A DNA stretch of 64,000 nucleotides from Alphaproteobacteria bacterium (GCA_963555825.3 CAUVXB020000002.1:2400001-2464000); one strand, 5' to 3'. Numbered from the stretch's first letter, positions 10,520 to 20,482 are shown. Program-made: numbers and translations. The notes: generated from the letters alone by a model not told the origin.

Positions 10520-11970
10520 GGCGATGTCCCGCCCAATGTTGAAAAGTGCGAGATAGGCATCGTCTGATCGAGAGGCTACGCGGCCACCTCGATGTCTTCA
10601 ATGACGGACTTTGCTCCGGCCTTTCTCACCGCCTCCCGCAGGGCGGCGTCAAGGACGGGGAGCTGGCGGTAGGCCTTGAGGCGGCGGAAGGTCTTTTGCG
10701 CCTCCAAGAGGCCGGCGGCGGTCCAACGCAGCGCCATCTCGGCGTTGCGCCAGCGCTTGACGTTCCGCTGCACCGTCCGGACGGTGCCGATCGCGTTCTC
10801 GATGGCGTTGGTGCAAGCCAGCGAGTGTCGAAGTTGCGGCGGGAGGCCGAGCCGGATCACGGTCAGGATATCGTCCAGGCCCTCCAGGATCGAGCCCGAG
10901 ACGCCGGGTGCGTCATGCTCCAGACGGCGGGCGAGGTTGCGCAAGAGCCGTTCGGCCTTGGCCGCGTCGTCCTGCTGCCAGGCCTGCCGCAAGACCTTCC
11001 TGACGCCGGCATGGAGGCTCTCGTCCAGCCGGTCCGTGATGTTGCGCCCCTTGTGCACCTGGCAGCGCTGGAGGGCCGCCGCCCGCCCGAAGGTCCGCCG
11101 GATCGCCTTCGAGAGCGCCTTGGCGCCGTCGACGATGTAGAGCCGAGGCCGTTCGGGATCGAGACCGCGCTCGATCAGGTTGTCGAGCATGGCTTGCACC
11201 GTGGCCGCGTTCTCCGTCGCGCCCTCGGCCAGGCCCAGCACGTGCTTCGCGCCGCCGGTGTCGATGCCGATCGCCGCCACCATCAGGTGATCGCCGACAT
11301 GGAGCCCGTCGATCTGGAGCACCACGAGATCGAGATCGTCGAGCGGGCTCGCCAGCCAGGCCTTCAGCTTGCTTCGCGTCAACGCCACGAAACGGCGCGA
11401 GACCGCCGACTTCGAGGTTGCGTCACCCGATGCCGCCGGCAGATCGCCGCCCGCATCGTCCGGCAGGCGCACCGCGCGGGCATACTTGCGGGTCGAGACG
11501 TTGATCACCATCAGATTCATCGCCCAGGCTTGCAAGAGTTCGGGTTCCGACAGCAGCTCCCAACTCGGCAGGCTCATCTCCCGACCCGCGAAGTCCCGCA
11601 CCCGAGGGCGCTCGACCTTCACTTTGCCGCCGTGGTAGGCGATCTCGCTCCGGGTCGTGCCCCATCGATGGCCCTTGCGCTCGCCCGAGCGGGCGTGGCG
11701 CGAACCGCACAAGGCTTCCGCGTCCGCCGACATCATCTCGTTCAAAGACTCGAGGCCCGCCAAAAGGCAGAAGCGATCGACGCTCATGCGCAGATCGTCG
11801 AAGGCCTCCGGCATCGATGGCAAGAGCCGACAGGATGGTTCCGAGGAACGGTCGTTGCGTGTAGTCTTGGTCATGGCGTCGTTCTCCTTGATGGAATCAG
11901 CACCCAGAGCCTAGCGGCTCCAGGCGGACGACGCCTACTTCAGCTTTTCAACAGAGCCCGGGACATCCCC
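10520..11970 (-). mobile_element. IS256-family insertion sequence
   Basis: TIRs ggcgatgtccc…tgttgaaaag / cttttcaaca…gggacatcccc; 8-bp duplication GGCGGCTC (10512-10519 and 11971-11978). Confidence 0.92.
10576..11874 (-). CDS. IS256-family transposase
   Basis: VSTRKY, QIDG, GATEN, IVDGAKAL, QRCQVHK, TNAIEN. Confidence 0.92.
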   Translation of the reverse strand: MTKTTRNDRSSEPSCRLLPSMPEAFDDLRMSVDRFCLLAGLESLNEMMSADAEALCGSRHARSGERKGHRWGTTRSEIAYHGGKVKVERPRVRDFAGREMSLPSWELLSEPELLQAWAMNLMVINVSTRKYARAVRLPDDAGGDLPAASGDATSKSAVSRRFVALTRSKLKAWLASPLDDLDLVVLQIDGLHVGDHLMVAAIGIDTGGAKHVLGLAEGATENAATVQAMLDNLIERGLDPERPRLYIVDGAKALSKAIRRTFGRAAALQRCQVHKGRNITDRLDESLHAGVRKVLRQAWQQDDAAKAERLLRNLARRLEHDAPGVSGSILEGLDDILTVIRLGLPPQLRHSLACTNAIENAIGTVRTVQRNVKRWRNAEMALRWTAAGLLEAQKTFRRLKAYRQLPVLDAALREAVRKAGAKSVIEDIEVAA

Positions 11971-12049
11971 GGCGGCTCCCCTATTGGCGGTTATCAAACA
12001 ACCTCCATGGCACATTGCGATGCCGGCGGTGGAGCCGTCCACAGCATCA

Positions 12050-12180
12050 CAAGGAGACCTCAAGCGACCTCGTTTTCGATGTCCGGTTCCGAGCAGTGAG
12101 CAGACATAAAACGCCGCAGTTCCGAAATTCGGGTTTCATCGTCCGGTTTGCGGCCCAAAGCCGACCTCGGCAGCTATACC
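12050..12180. repeat. Second cluster of degenerate REP-like palindromes
   Basis: atgtccggttccga…gagcagacat and gtccggtttgcgg…aagccgacc; similar to 7574-7731. Confidence 0.5.
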
Positions 12181-12471
12181 CAAAAAAACCTTCAAATTAG
12201 GCGGATACAAAAACCGGCCATAGCGCTTGTGTACGCGGCGCGGCGTGGGGGGCTGCCGGCACCCGAGCCGGGCCGCCGCCTCAACCTCGCACCGGAATGC
12301 CCCGTCGCGACGCCGTGGAGGCCGTTGGCGCACGGAACAACGTTGCCGGACCTCCCCCTCTCACCTGCTCGAAACGCAGCATGCCGCTATCTATTTGCTA
12401 CCTGGCACGTATTCAAATTTTGCCGGCGCGCATCTCTCTCAGAAATTTTCCAACTAACTCTTTGAAAAGAA

Positions 12472-12558
12472 TGGTGCCCCCAGGGAGACTCGAACTCCCA
12501 CGTCCGTAAGGACAACAGATTTTGAGTCTGCCGCGTCTGCCAATTCCGCCACAGGGGC
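12472..12558 (-). tRNA. tRNA-Leu (CAA)
   Basis: GCCCCTGTGGCGGAATTGGCAGACGCGGCAGACT-CAA-AATCTG…GTTCGAGTC…GGGGGCACCA; long variable arm, encoded CCA. Confidence 0.97.
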
Positions 12559-12695
12559 TCTGGGCCGGGCGCATGATACCCGAGCGCCTCTTGCCGTCAA
12601 GACGGTCGGGCGCTGTCCGATGGTGATTGCCCACGGCGCGGCGCTCGGCTTATATGCGCGGCGCCGGGGCGTGCCCGGCGACGGAGGGCTATGGC

Positions 12696-13277
12696 ATGCT
12701 CAAGCGGTTCTACGACCGGGTGATGGCGCTCGCGGCGCACCGCAACGCCAAGTGGTGGCTGGCGCTGATCTCCTTCGTCGAGAGCTCGATCTTCCCGATC
12801 CCGCCCGACGTCATGCTGATCCCCATGGTGCTGGCGCGGCGGACCGATGCCTGGCGCATCGCCGCGGTCTGCGCGCTGGCCTCGGTGGCCGGCGGCTGCG
12901 CCGGCTACGCCATCGGCTTCTTCCTGTTCGACGCGGTCGGCCGGCCGCTCCTGGAGTTCTACGGCCAGATGGCCGCCTTCGACGAATTCCGCGCCGGCTA
13001 CAACGAGTGGGGCGCGTGGATCGTCTTCGGCGCCGGGATAACGCCCTTCCCCTACAAGGTGATCACCATCGCGAGCGGCGTCACCGGGCTCGATTTCCTG
13101 GTCTTCACGATCGCCTCGCTGCTGGCGCGCGGGCTGCGATTCTTCTTCGTCACGGCCCTGCTGTGGTACTTCGGCGAGCCCATCCGGGGCTTCATCGAGC
13201 GCCACCTGGGCAAGTTGACGGTGCTGTTCTTCGTGCTTCTGCTCGGCGGCTTCGTGATCGTCAAATATATAGTCTAG
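12696..13277 (+). CDS. YqaA/DedA-family membrane protein
   Basis: SFVESSIFPIPPD and TPFPYKV motifs. Confidence 0.9.
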   Translation: MLKRFYDRVMALAAHRNAKWWLALISFVESSIFPIPPDVMLIPMVLARRTDAWRIAAVCALASVAGGCAGYAIGFFLFDAVGRPLLEFYGQMAAFDEFRAGYNEWGAWIVFGAGITPFPYKVITIASGVTGLDFLVFTIASLLARGLRFFFVTALLWYFGEPIRGFIERHLGKLTVLFFVLLLGGFVIVKYIV

Positions 13278-13328
13278 CCGGTGACGGCCAACGTTTCGCG
13301 CCCGCGCACGAGCCGCTAAGCTGGCGCC

Positions 13329-13826
13329 ATGCTGATCAGCCGCACGATCGCCGCCCTTATACTCGCCGCGAGCCTCGGCGCGCTGGCCGGCGCTTTCGTC
13401 GCCGAGACCGTCTTCGACCTCGCGCCCTGCCCGCTTTGCATCTATCAGCGCTGGCCCTATGTCGCCACCGCGCTCTTTGCCGCGCTCGCCATGGCGACCG
13501 CGGCGCGCGGGCGCTGGCCGGCGCTGTTGGTCGGCTTGGCGAGCCTCGTCTTCGCCGGCGAGGCGGCGCTCGCATTCTACCACGTCGGCGTCGAGCAGGG
13601 CTGGTTCGAGGGCCTGGCGGCCTGTGCCGGCGCCGGCGAGACGCCCGCGACACTCGAGGCGCTGCGCGCCCAGCTCCTCGAAGGCCCGCCGCCGCCGCGC
13701 TGCGACGAACCGGCCTGGACGCTGTTCGGCGTCTCGATGGCCGGCTATAACGTGATCTACGCGGCGGCGTTGGCCGGCTTCAGCGGCGCCGCCGCGGTCA
13801 TCATGGCGAAGAGGTCGCGCGCGTGA
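13329..13826 (+). CDS. dsbB: Disulfide bond formation protein B
   Basis: PCPLCIYQRWP, YHVGVE, second Cys pair (C…RCDE). Confidence 0.88.
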   Translation: MLISRTIAALILAASLGALAGAFVAETVFDLAPCPLCIYQRWPYVATALFAALAMATAARGRWPALLVGLASLVFAGEAALAFYHVGVEQGWFEGLAACAGAGETPATLEALRAQLLEGPPPPRCDEPAWTLFGVSMAGYNVIYAAALAGFSGAAAVIMAKRSRA

Positions 13827-14407
13827 CCAACAAATCGAACAAACGGAACGCTCGGCCGACAATGACCGGAGAAGACCGCCTGCCGGGCGACCTGGCACCA
13901 GAGGCGCTGATCGAACGCATGATCCGGGTCGACCACGCCGGTGAGTTCGGCGCCGCGCGCATTTACCAAGGCCAGCTCGCCGTGCTCGGTCGCTCGAAGA
14001 GCGCGGCGACCATCCGCCGCATGGCCGAGCAGGAGCAGCGCCACCTCGCCGCCTTCGACGCACTCGTCGTCGAGCGCCGCGTGCGGCCGACTGCGCTGTC
14101 GCCGTTGTGGCACGCCGCCGGCTTCGCGCTCGGCGCGGCCAGCGCGGCCTTGGGCGAGCGCGCCGCGATGGCCTGCACCGTCGCGGTCGAAGAGGTCATC
14201 GGCGAGCACTACGCCGCCCAGGCCGCCAAACTTGGCGACGACGAGGCCGAGCTGCGCGGCCTGATCGAGGAATTCCGCGCCGACGAAATGGCGCACCGCG
14301 ACACCGGTCTCGCCGAGGGCGCCGAACAGATGACCGGCTACCGGCCCTTCTCGGACGCGATCAAGGCCGGCACCCGCCTCGCCATCTGGCTCTCGGAGCG
14401 GGTTTAG
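13823..14407 (+). CDS. coq7: Demethoxyubiquinone hydroxylase (di-iron)
   Basis: MIRVDHAGEFGAARIYQGQ, EQRH, AMACTVAVEEVI, DEMAH. Confidence 0.93.
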   Translation: MTNKSNKRNARPTMTGEDRLPGDLAPEALIERMIRVDHAGEFGAARIYQGQLAVLGRSKSAATIRRMAEQEQRHLAAFDALVVERRVRPTALSPLWHAAGFALGAASAALGERAAMACTVAVEEVIGEHYAAQAAKLGDDEAELRGLIEEFRADEMAHRDTGLAEGAEQMTGYRPFSDAIKAGTRLAIWLSERV

Positions 14408-14568
14408 GGCCCGATCCAATCAGGCTCGGTCGAAATCTACCAGGCCGCGCCAACCTTATTGGGACAAGAGGGGGCCCGCCGACCGTTCGGCCAGCTTTGA
14501 TTCCATAAGACTGGCATGCGCGGCGATTGAGCGCAGGTCACCTTTAGGTGACCGCACAAAGAACTCTA
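14405..14568 (+). repeat. Structured repeat family A, copy 1
   Basis: Core gggacaagagggggcccgccgaccgttcggc…gattgagcgcaggtcacct-tt-aggtgacc; begins at the coq7 TAG. Confidence 0.85.
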
Positions 14569-14570
14569 TC

Positions 14571-15356
14571 TCACGCGACGCGGCCGTAGAAGGTCTCGCG
14601 GGTATGGGCGTCCAGGACCTTGCCTTCCTCGGGCGAGTATGAGAACACCGCGACGAGCCGCGGCCGCGAGCCGGTCACCGGCGTCACGCGGTGCAGCGTC
14701 CGGCTGCCGCGAAAGACGACCAGCGCGCCGGCCGGCTGGCGCAGCTCCTGGACCTCGCCGGAACGCCCTTCGAGCACGGCGTCGACGACATCGTAGTTCT
14801 CGTCGCCGTCGTCCCGGATGAAGGGCGCAAACTCGAAGCCGGCGCCGTCTTCGGGCGACTGCAGCAGAAGCGTGACGACGAAGGTCGCGACGTCGAAGTG
14901 CCAACCCGTCTGGCAGCCCTCGTTGTAGACCAGGATGTTCATCGGGGCCAGCGCGTCGGCGTAGGGATAGAGCCTGTCGAAGCCGAGCAGCTGGGCCAGG
15001 AAGACTTGGAAAGTCGGCCAGTTATAGAGGCCGTTCAAGACCGAATCGCGCGGAATCCAGTCGTAGGCGAGCGTCGCCGAGTCGGTCGTCTGCTTGCGGT
15101 TGCGCGGATGGTCCGGGCCGAAGGCTTCGTCGTCCTTGATCAGATAGGGGCTGTGGCTCTTGGTCTTGTAAAAGGCGTTGCCGAGATTGGGCTCGACCTC
15201 GGCGACCACGACCGGCAGGCACTCGGGCTTCATGAAGCCCTCGAGCACACAGGCGCCACTCGCCGCGAGGTCCCCGTCACAGCGCTCGAGCAGGCGCCGG
15301 TATGCCTCGCTGCCGGGTTGGTCGATGGGGTAGCGTTCGAGATCGATCGTGTCCAT
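14571..15356 (-). CDS. 2OG-Fe(II) oxygenase (BesD/ArpA-like fold, HxD hydroxylase type)
   Basis: GWHFD…LHRVTPV…R motif set. Confidence 0.8.
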   Translation of the reverse strand: MDTIDLERYPIDQPGSEAYRRLLERCDGDLAASGACVLEGFMKPECLPVVVAEVEPNLGNAFYKTKSHSPYLIKDDEAFGPDHPRNRKQTTDSATLAYDWIPRDSVLNGLYNWPTFQVFLAQLLGFDRLYPYADALAPMNILVYNEGCQTGWHFDVATFVVTLLLQSPEDGAGFEFAPFIRDDGDENYDVVDAVLEGRSGEVQELRQPAGALVVFRGSRTLHRVTPVTGSRPRLVAVFSYSPEEGKVLDAHTRETFYGRVA

Positions 15357-15490
15357 GCCGATAACCCATTTTCAGGGGCCCGGCCCAAGCCGAACCACCG
15401 TGCATTCGATATGCGCGGCGCCCACGGGCGTCCGCTGTCCTCTCTATAGTCGGCCTCAATATAGAGAGCCACAAAGTTTTTCGGCAGGCG

Positions 15491-16402
15491 CTAGTCGTCG
15501 TCGCGGAACGCGGTGACGATCCAGTCGGCGACGGCGCGGCGCTCGGCCGACGGCGCCGCTTCGGGATGGGTGACAAGGTGGAACGCGTGGTCGGGGCGTA
15601 GCCGCGTCTCGCAGGCGCTGACCAGCAGGCCGGTGGCGAGATGGTCCCCGACCAATTGGCGCCAGCCGAGCGCGATGCCCTGACCCTCGACCGCCGCGTT
15701 GACGAGCACCGTGAACGAGTCGGCGCGCAGCGCCGGCCTGGGCGGCGGGCCGGTGACGCCGACGCCGCGCAGCCAAAGCGGCCAGTCGATCCAGTGCCGG
15801 CGCGGCTCGTCGAGGAACAGCAGTCGTTCGCGCAGCAGTGCATCGGGCGTGGCGAACGGCCCGCGCTCGGCCAGATAGGACGGCGCGCAGACCGGGAAGA
15901 CCTCGGTGTGGTCGAGCAGCTCGACGGTGAGGCCGGGCCAGCGGCCGGTGCCGTAGCGAATGCCGATGTCGAAGCGGTCGGCGACGCCGTGCAATTCGAG
16001 GTCGGTCGCCAGCACCTGGACCTCGACGTCGGGGATCGCGGCGCGCAGCCGGCCGAGCCGGGGAATCAGCCAGAGCGACGCGAAGGCCGAGGTCGCCGCG
16101 ATGGTCACGCCGTGGCCCGGCGAGCCGGCGCGAAACGCATCCGCCGCCTCGGCGATCTGGTCGAGCGCCATGGCCACCGTGCGGTGCAGACGCCGGCCTT
16201 CGGCGGTCAGCTCGATCGTCTTGTGGCGGCGGTCGAACAGCGGCGCGCCGAGCGCGTCCTCGAGCAAGCGGATCTGGCGGCTGACGGCGCCCTGGGTGAC
16301 GTTGAGCTCGACCGCCGCGCGCGTGAAGCTGGTCAACCGCCCGGCCGCCTCGAAGAACGCCAGCGCGCCCGGGTTAGGCAGACGCTTTGCGAGCGTTGGC
16401 AT
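15491..16402 (-). CDS. LysR-family regulator (GcvA-like)
   Basis: FEAAGRLTSFTRAAVELNVTQGAVSRQIR HTH; WLIPRL. Confidence 0.92.
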   Translation of the reverse strand: MPTLAKRLPNPGALAFFEAAGRLTSFTRAAVELNVTQGAVSRQIRLLEDALGAPLFDRRHKTIELTAEGRRLHRTVAMALDQIAEAADAFRAGSPGHGVTIAATSAFASLWLIPRLGRLRAAIPDVEVQVLATDLELHGVADRFDIGIRYGTGRWPGLTVELLDHTEVFPVCAPSYLAERGPFATPDALLRERLLFLDEPRRHWIDWPLWLRGVGVTGPPPRPALRADSFTVLVNAAVEGQGIALGWRQLVGDHLATGLLVSACETRLRPDHAFHLVTHPEAAPSAERRAVADWIVTAFRDDD

Positions 16403-16500
16403 TACGAATTCTCATTCATATTCACGAATAAACGTCGTTTGCACCGCATAACGACGAGGAATACCATATTTTTCGTGATGCACCAATGAGGACGGGTCGG

Positions 16501-17691
16501 ATGGAACACTGCCTGACCGCCGCCGAGCTCGACGCCGCGACGCGGCCCATCGCCAGCGCCCGCGGCCTGCCCAACCGCGCCTATACGTCGGCCGACTGGG
16601 CGGCCATGGAACGTGACCAAATGCTCGGCCGCACCTGGACCTGTATCGGCTTCGCCGACGAGGTGCCGGCGCGCCACGCCGTGCCGATCGATTTGCTCGG
16701 CCTACCGCTGGTCGCCGTGCGCGACCCCGACGAGACGGTGCGCGTGTTCCACAACGTCTGCCGCCACCGCGGCCACAAGCTGGTCGGCGGCCCCTGCGCG
16801 CTCAAGTCGGGCTTCGTCTGCCCCTACCACGGCTGGATGTACGGCTTCGACGGCACACTCGAGATGACGCCGCATATCGGCGGCGCCCGGGTCCACGAGG
16901 TCGCCGGCTTCGACAAGGCCGCGCACGGTCTGTTCGCGGTGCGCAGCGCGGTCTGGCTCGGCATGATCTTCGTCAACCTTTCGGGTGACGCGCCCGAGTT
17001 CGCCGCATTCATCGCGCCGCTGATCGGGCGCTGGGCGCCGTTTACCGGGCCGGACGGGATGGCTGGGCTGGTCGCCGCCGCGCCGGTCGCCGGCAGCGAC
17101 CTCGAGGTCCGCGCCAACTGGAAGCTCGCGGTCGAGAACTTCTGCGAGAGCTATCACCTGCCCAACATCCATCCGGGCCTGAACGGCTATTCCAAGATGT
17201 CCGACCATTACAACATCATGGCCGGCGACTGGGGCGCCGGCCAGGGCTGCACCGCCTTCGACTACGGCGCGCGCTCGGGCCTCGCCTTCCCGCCGTTCGC
17301 CGACTGGCCCGAGGACAAGCGCAGCCACGCCGAGTACATCACGCTGTTCCCCAACGTACTGTTGGGCCTGCACCTCGACCACGTCTTCGCCATGGTGCTG
17401 AGGCCGCTCGCCCACGACCGCACCGTCGAGGCGACGCGGCTCTATTTCATCGGCGAGGCGGCGACCGACACGGCCCAAGAAAATGCCCGCGCGACATTGC
17501 TCGCGGACTGGCTCGAGATCTTCGTCGAGGACATCGGCGTGGTCGAGGGCATGCAACAGGGCCGCGCCTCGCCGGCCTATGACGGCGGCGCGTTCTCGCC
17601 GTTCCACGAGGAGGCGACCCACCACTTCCACGGCTGGGTGGCGCGCCGCGTCGCCGGCGGGCCACGGGCGGCGGAGACCAAGGTCGCGTAG
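16501..17691 (+). CDS. Rieske oxygenase alpha subunit (choline/betaine monooxygenase-like)
   Basis: CRH…CPYH Rieske motif; NWK…ENFCESYH…IH mononuclear Fe site; ED…MQQGR. Confidence 0.88.
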   Translation: MEHCLTAAELDAATRPIASARGLPNRAYTSADWAAMERDQMLGRTWTCIGFADEVPARHAVPIDLLGLPLVAVRDPDETVRVFHNVCRHRGHKLVGGPCALKSGFVCPYHGWMYGFDGTLEMTPHIGGARVHEVAGFDKAAHGLFAVRSAVWLGMIFVNLSGDAPEFAAFIAPLIGRWAPFTGPDGMAGLVAAAPVAGSDLEVRANWKLAVENFCESYHLPNIHPGLNGYSKMSDHYNIMAGDWGAGQGCTAFDYGARSGLAFPPFADWPEDKRSHAEYITLFPNVLLGLHLDHVFAMVLRPLAHDRTVEATRLYFIGEAATDTAQENARATLLADWLEIFVEDIGVVEGMQQGRASPAYDGGAFSPFHEEATHHFHGWVARRVAGGPRAAETKVA

Positions 17692-17717
17692 GTTCGGGTC
17701 GGCGCGCATTCACGCCA

Positions 17718-17915
17718 TAGAGCCGAATCCGATCGATTGAGTACGGCCGAAATCTACCAGCCCGCGCCAGTCTTAATGGGACAAGAGGGGGGCCGCCGAC
17801 CGTTCGGCCAATCCTTATGGGATCAAGACTGTCCATATGGGATAAAGATTGGCATGCGCGGCGATTGAGCGCAGGTCATCTTTGCGTGAGCCAAAGATGA
17901 CCGAAAAATGATCTA
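17718..17915 (+). repeat. Structured repeat family A, copy 2 (internal duplication)
   Basis: Same core; ends at the HNH gene stop codon. Confidence 0.85.
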
Positions 17916-18479
17916 CGGGTCGAGCTCGCTGTCCCAGTAGAGGAAGTCGCGCCAGCTCTCGTGCAGGAAGTCGGGGCGGAAGGCGCGGCCGTTCTCCTGC
18001 AGGCGCCTGACCGTCGGGACGACCGGCGCGATCAGCGGGTGCATGTGGCACTCGTCGCCCAGCCGGTTGCCCTTGTCGCGGTTGCAGGCGATGCAGGCGG
18101 TGACGACGTTCTCCCACACCGTGCGGCCGCCGCGCGAGCGCGGCACGATATGATCGAAGGTCAGCTCCTCGGTCGGATAGCCGGTGCCGCAGTACTGGCA
18201 GCCGAAGCGGTCGCGCAGGAAGACGTTGAAGCGCGTGAAGGCGGGCCGCCGGTTCATCGGGATATAGCGCTTGAGCGCGATGACGCTGGGCAGGTTGATC
18301 TCCCAGCTCGGCGAGCGCACCGCGCGGTCGTATTCCGACAGGATGGCGACGCGGTCGAGGAACACCGCCTTGACCACGTCCTGCCACGACCAGAGCGACA
18401 GCGGGAAGTAGCTCAAGGGGCGATAATCGGCGTTCAGCACCAGCGCCGGGCAGCGCTCGAGCGACATCATATGATCCAT
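17913..18479 (-). CDS. HNH endonuclease (McrA-like, conserved alphaproteobacterial type)
   Basis: ALVLNADYRPL, RFNVFLRD…CQYCG…TFDHIVPRSRGG…WENVVTACIACN. Confidence 0.92.
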   Translation of the reverse strand: MDHMMSLERCPALVLNADYRPLSYFPLSLWSWQDVVKAVFLDRVAILSEYDRAVRSPSWEINLPSVIALKRYIPMNRRPAFTRFNVFLRDRFGCQYCGTGYPTEELTFDHIVPRSRGGRTVWENVVTACIACNRDKGNRLGDECHMHPLIAPVVPTVRRLQENGRAFRPDFLHESWRDFLYWDSELDP

Positions 18480-18578
18480 GCCCCGTAACCCTTTCTGCGA
18501 ACACAAAAATACACACCGGCTGTGACGGATCAAGGGCAAAGAGCAGGCGCGGCCCGGGGCGGCGGCCCACCGATCGGC

Positions 18579-18755
18579 TAATGCACACTCTTATCGGTCG
18601 GATTTATTCGGATTAAAACAGCCCGCGCCAGTCTTGATTCCGACAAGAGGGGGGCCGCCGACCGTTCGGCCAATCCTTATGGGATCAAGATTGGCAAGCG
18701 CGGCGACTGAGCGCAGGTCACCTTTACGACGTAAAGGTGACCGCAAAACAGCCTA
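18579..18755 (+). repeat. Structured repeat family A, copy 3
   Basis: Same core; ends at the esterase stop codon; left boundary approximate. Confidence 0.85.
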
Positions 18756-19421
18756 GCCGCCCAGCGTATCGGCCAGCAGATCGCCGGCGATCTCGAGGCC
18801 TTGCGGGTCGATGCCGTGGCCCAGGCCGGGCGTGGCGTGCCAGCGCACCGGCACGTCGTTGGCGCCGAGCACCGCGACCGCGTCGGCCAGCTCGGCGAAG
18901 GGCACCATCGGGTCGGCCTCGCCGTGGGCGAGCATGACCGGCGGCCGTGAACGGATCTCGCCGGCCAGGGTGTCGGGGCCGAGCAATCGGCCCGAGAAGC
19001 CGATCACGGCGGCGCAAGGCGCCGCGCGGCGCAGCGCGACGTCGAGCGCCATCATGGCGCCCTGGCTGAAGCCGACCAAGGCGAGGCGGTCCTCGGCGAG
19101 GCCCATCTCGGCGAGCACCGTATCGAGGTAGCGATCGATCACCGCGCGGGCGTGGACGACGCCGGCCATGATCTCGTCCGGCGCGCGGTCCTCGAAGCTG
19201 AACCACTGGCGGCCCATCGGGTTGGCGTCGCATACATAGGGCGCATGGGGCGAGACGAAACGCGCGTGCGGCAGCCGACGGGCCCAGTTCAGCGCGAGGC
19301 CGATCAGGTCGTTGCCGTCGGCGCCCCAGCCGTGCAACAGCACGACGAGCTGGCGCGGCGACCCGCCCGACGCGGGCGCCTGGTCGGGTCCGGAAATTTC
19401 GGGCAGGTCGGTCATCGGCAT
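18753..19421 (-). CDS. Phospholipase/carboxylesterase (alpha/beta hydrolase)
   Basis: LHGWGADG, GFSQG, HGEADPMV, GH. Confidence 0.9.
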   Translation of the reverse strand: MPMTDLPEISGPDQAPASGGSPRQLVVLLHGWGADGNDLIGLALNWARRLPHARFVSPHAPYVCDANPMGRQWFSFEDRAPDEIMAGVVHARAVIDRYLDTVLAEMGLAEDRLALVGFSQGAMMALDVALRRAAPCAAVIGFSGRLLGPDTLAGEIRSRPPVMLAHGEADPMVPFAELADAVAVLGANDVPVRWHATPGLGHGIDPQGLEIAGDLLADTLGG

Positions 19422-19549
19422 CTCGGCGTGGCGGGTCTGAACGAAATAGCGAACATTTTTGCCGCCCCCGGCCACTCGGCGATTCCCATTCGGGCCCGGC
19501 TGTGGCAGTTTGGCACGGCGCGGAAGCACGCAAACAGTTGCTACACCAG

Positions 19550-20482
19550 ATGAAACGCCAGGTCGACGAAAACCCCGCACGCCAAGCCGAGAAGGCCGCG
19601 CCGAGAACCCCGACGACGCGGTTCGCGCCGACGCCGTCGGGCTATATGCACCTGGGCCACGCCTATTCGGCGCTGGTCGGCTGGCACGCCGCGGCCGAAG
19701 CCGGCGGCCGGCTGCGCCTGCGCATCGAGGACATCGACGTCGGCCGTTGCCGGCCGCAGTTCGAGCAGGCGATCTACGACGACCTCGCCTGGCTCGGCAT
19801 CGAATGGGCCGGCGACGTCCGGCGCCAGTCGGACCACCTGGCCGATTACGCCGATGCGCTCGAGGAGCTCAGCCGGCTCGGCCTGCTCTATCCCTGCTTC
19901 TGCACCCGCGCCGAGGTGCGCGCCGAGATTGCCAACGCCGACGCCGCGCCGCACGGGCCCGACGGCCCGCATTATCCGGGCACCTGCCGCGCGCTGGGCC
20001 GCCAGGAGCAGAACCGGCGCATCCGCGCCGGCCGGGCGCATGCGCTGCGCATCGACATGGACAAGGCCTGCGAGCGCGCCGGCCGGCTGACCTGGACCGA
20101 CCGCAAGGCGGGCGAGATCGAGGCCGATCCACGCGGCGCGGGCGACGTCGTGCTGGCGCGCAAGGACGTGCCGACGAGCTACCATCTGGCGGTGACGCTC
20201 GACGATCACCTGCAGGGTGTCACCCTGGTGACGCGCGGCTGGGACCTGTTCCAAGCGACCCACGTTCACCGGCTGCTGCAGGCGCTGTTGGGCCTGCGCA
20301 CGCCCGACTACCACCACCACCCGATGATCACCGATCCGAACGGCGTCAGGCTCGCCAAGCGCAACCGCGCGGTGACGCTGCGCGCGCTGCGCAACGCCGG
20401 CAAGACGTCCGACGACGTGCGCGCCATGGTGCCGCTCGAGGCGACCATGGCGGTGCTGCGTTCAGCGGTGCAGGCCGGCTAG
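19550..20482 (+). CDS. gluQ: Glutamyl-Q tRNA(Asp) synthetase
   Basis: RFAPTPSGYMHLGH, LRIEDID, CFCTR, YHLAVTLDD, RLAKR; no anticodon-binding domain. Confidence 0.9.
   Translation: MKRQVDENPARQAEKAAPRTPTTRFAPTPSGYMHLGHAYSALVGWHAAAEAGGRLRLRIEDIDVGRCRPQFEQAIYDDLAWLGIEWAGDVRRQSDHLADYADALEELSRLGLLYPCFCTRAEVRAEIANADAAPHGPDGPHYPGTCRALGRQEQNRRIRAGRAHALRIDMDKACERAGRLTWTDRKAGEIEADPRGAGDVVLARKDVPTSYHLAVTLDDHLQGVTLVTRGWDLFQATHVHRLLQALLGLRTPDYHHHPMITDPNGVRLAKRNRAVTLRALRNAGKTSDDVRAMVPLEATMAVLRSAVQAG

Larger units (their letters stand above)
9230..12049 (-). mobile_element. IS110-family (IS1111-type) element 1, with nested IS256
   Basis: Sub-terminal IRs tgtggacggctcc / ggagccgtccaca; CA core at both junctions; long 3' non-coding region. 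Confidence 0.85.

Noticed and set aside
12180-12471. Integrase or att site beside tRNA-Leu
   Set aside because: No integrase ORF or duplicated tRNA 3' end found within the window
14571-15356. BesD-type radical halogenase
   Set aside because: The metal motif is HxD (HFD), typical of hydroxylases; halogenases have HxG/A
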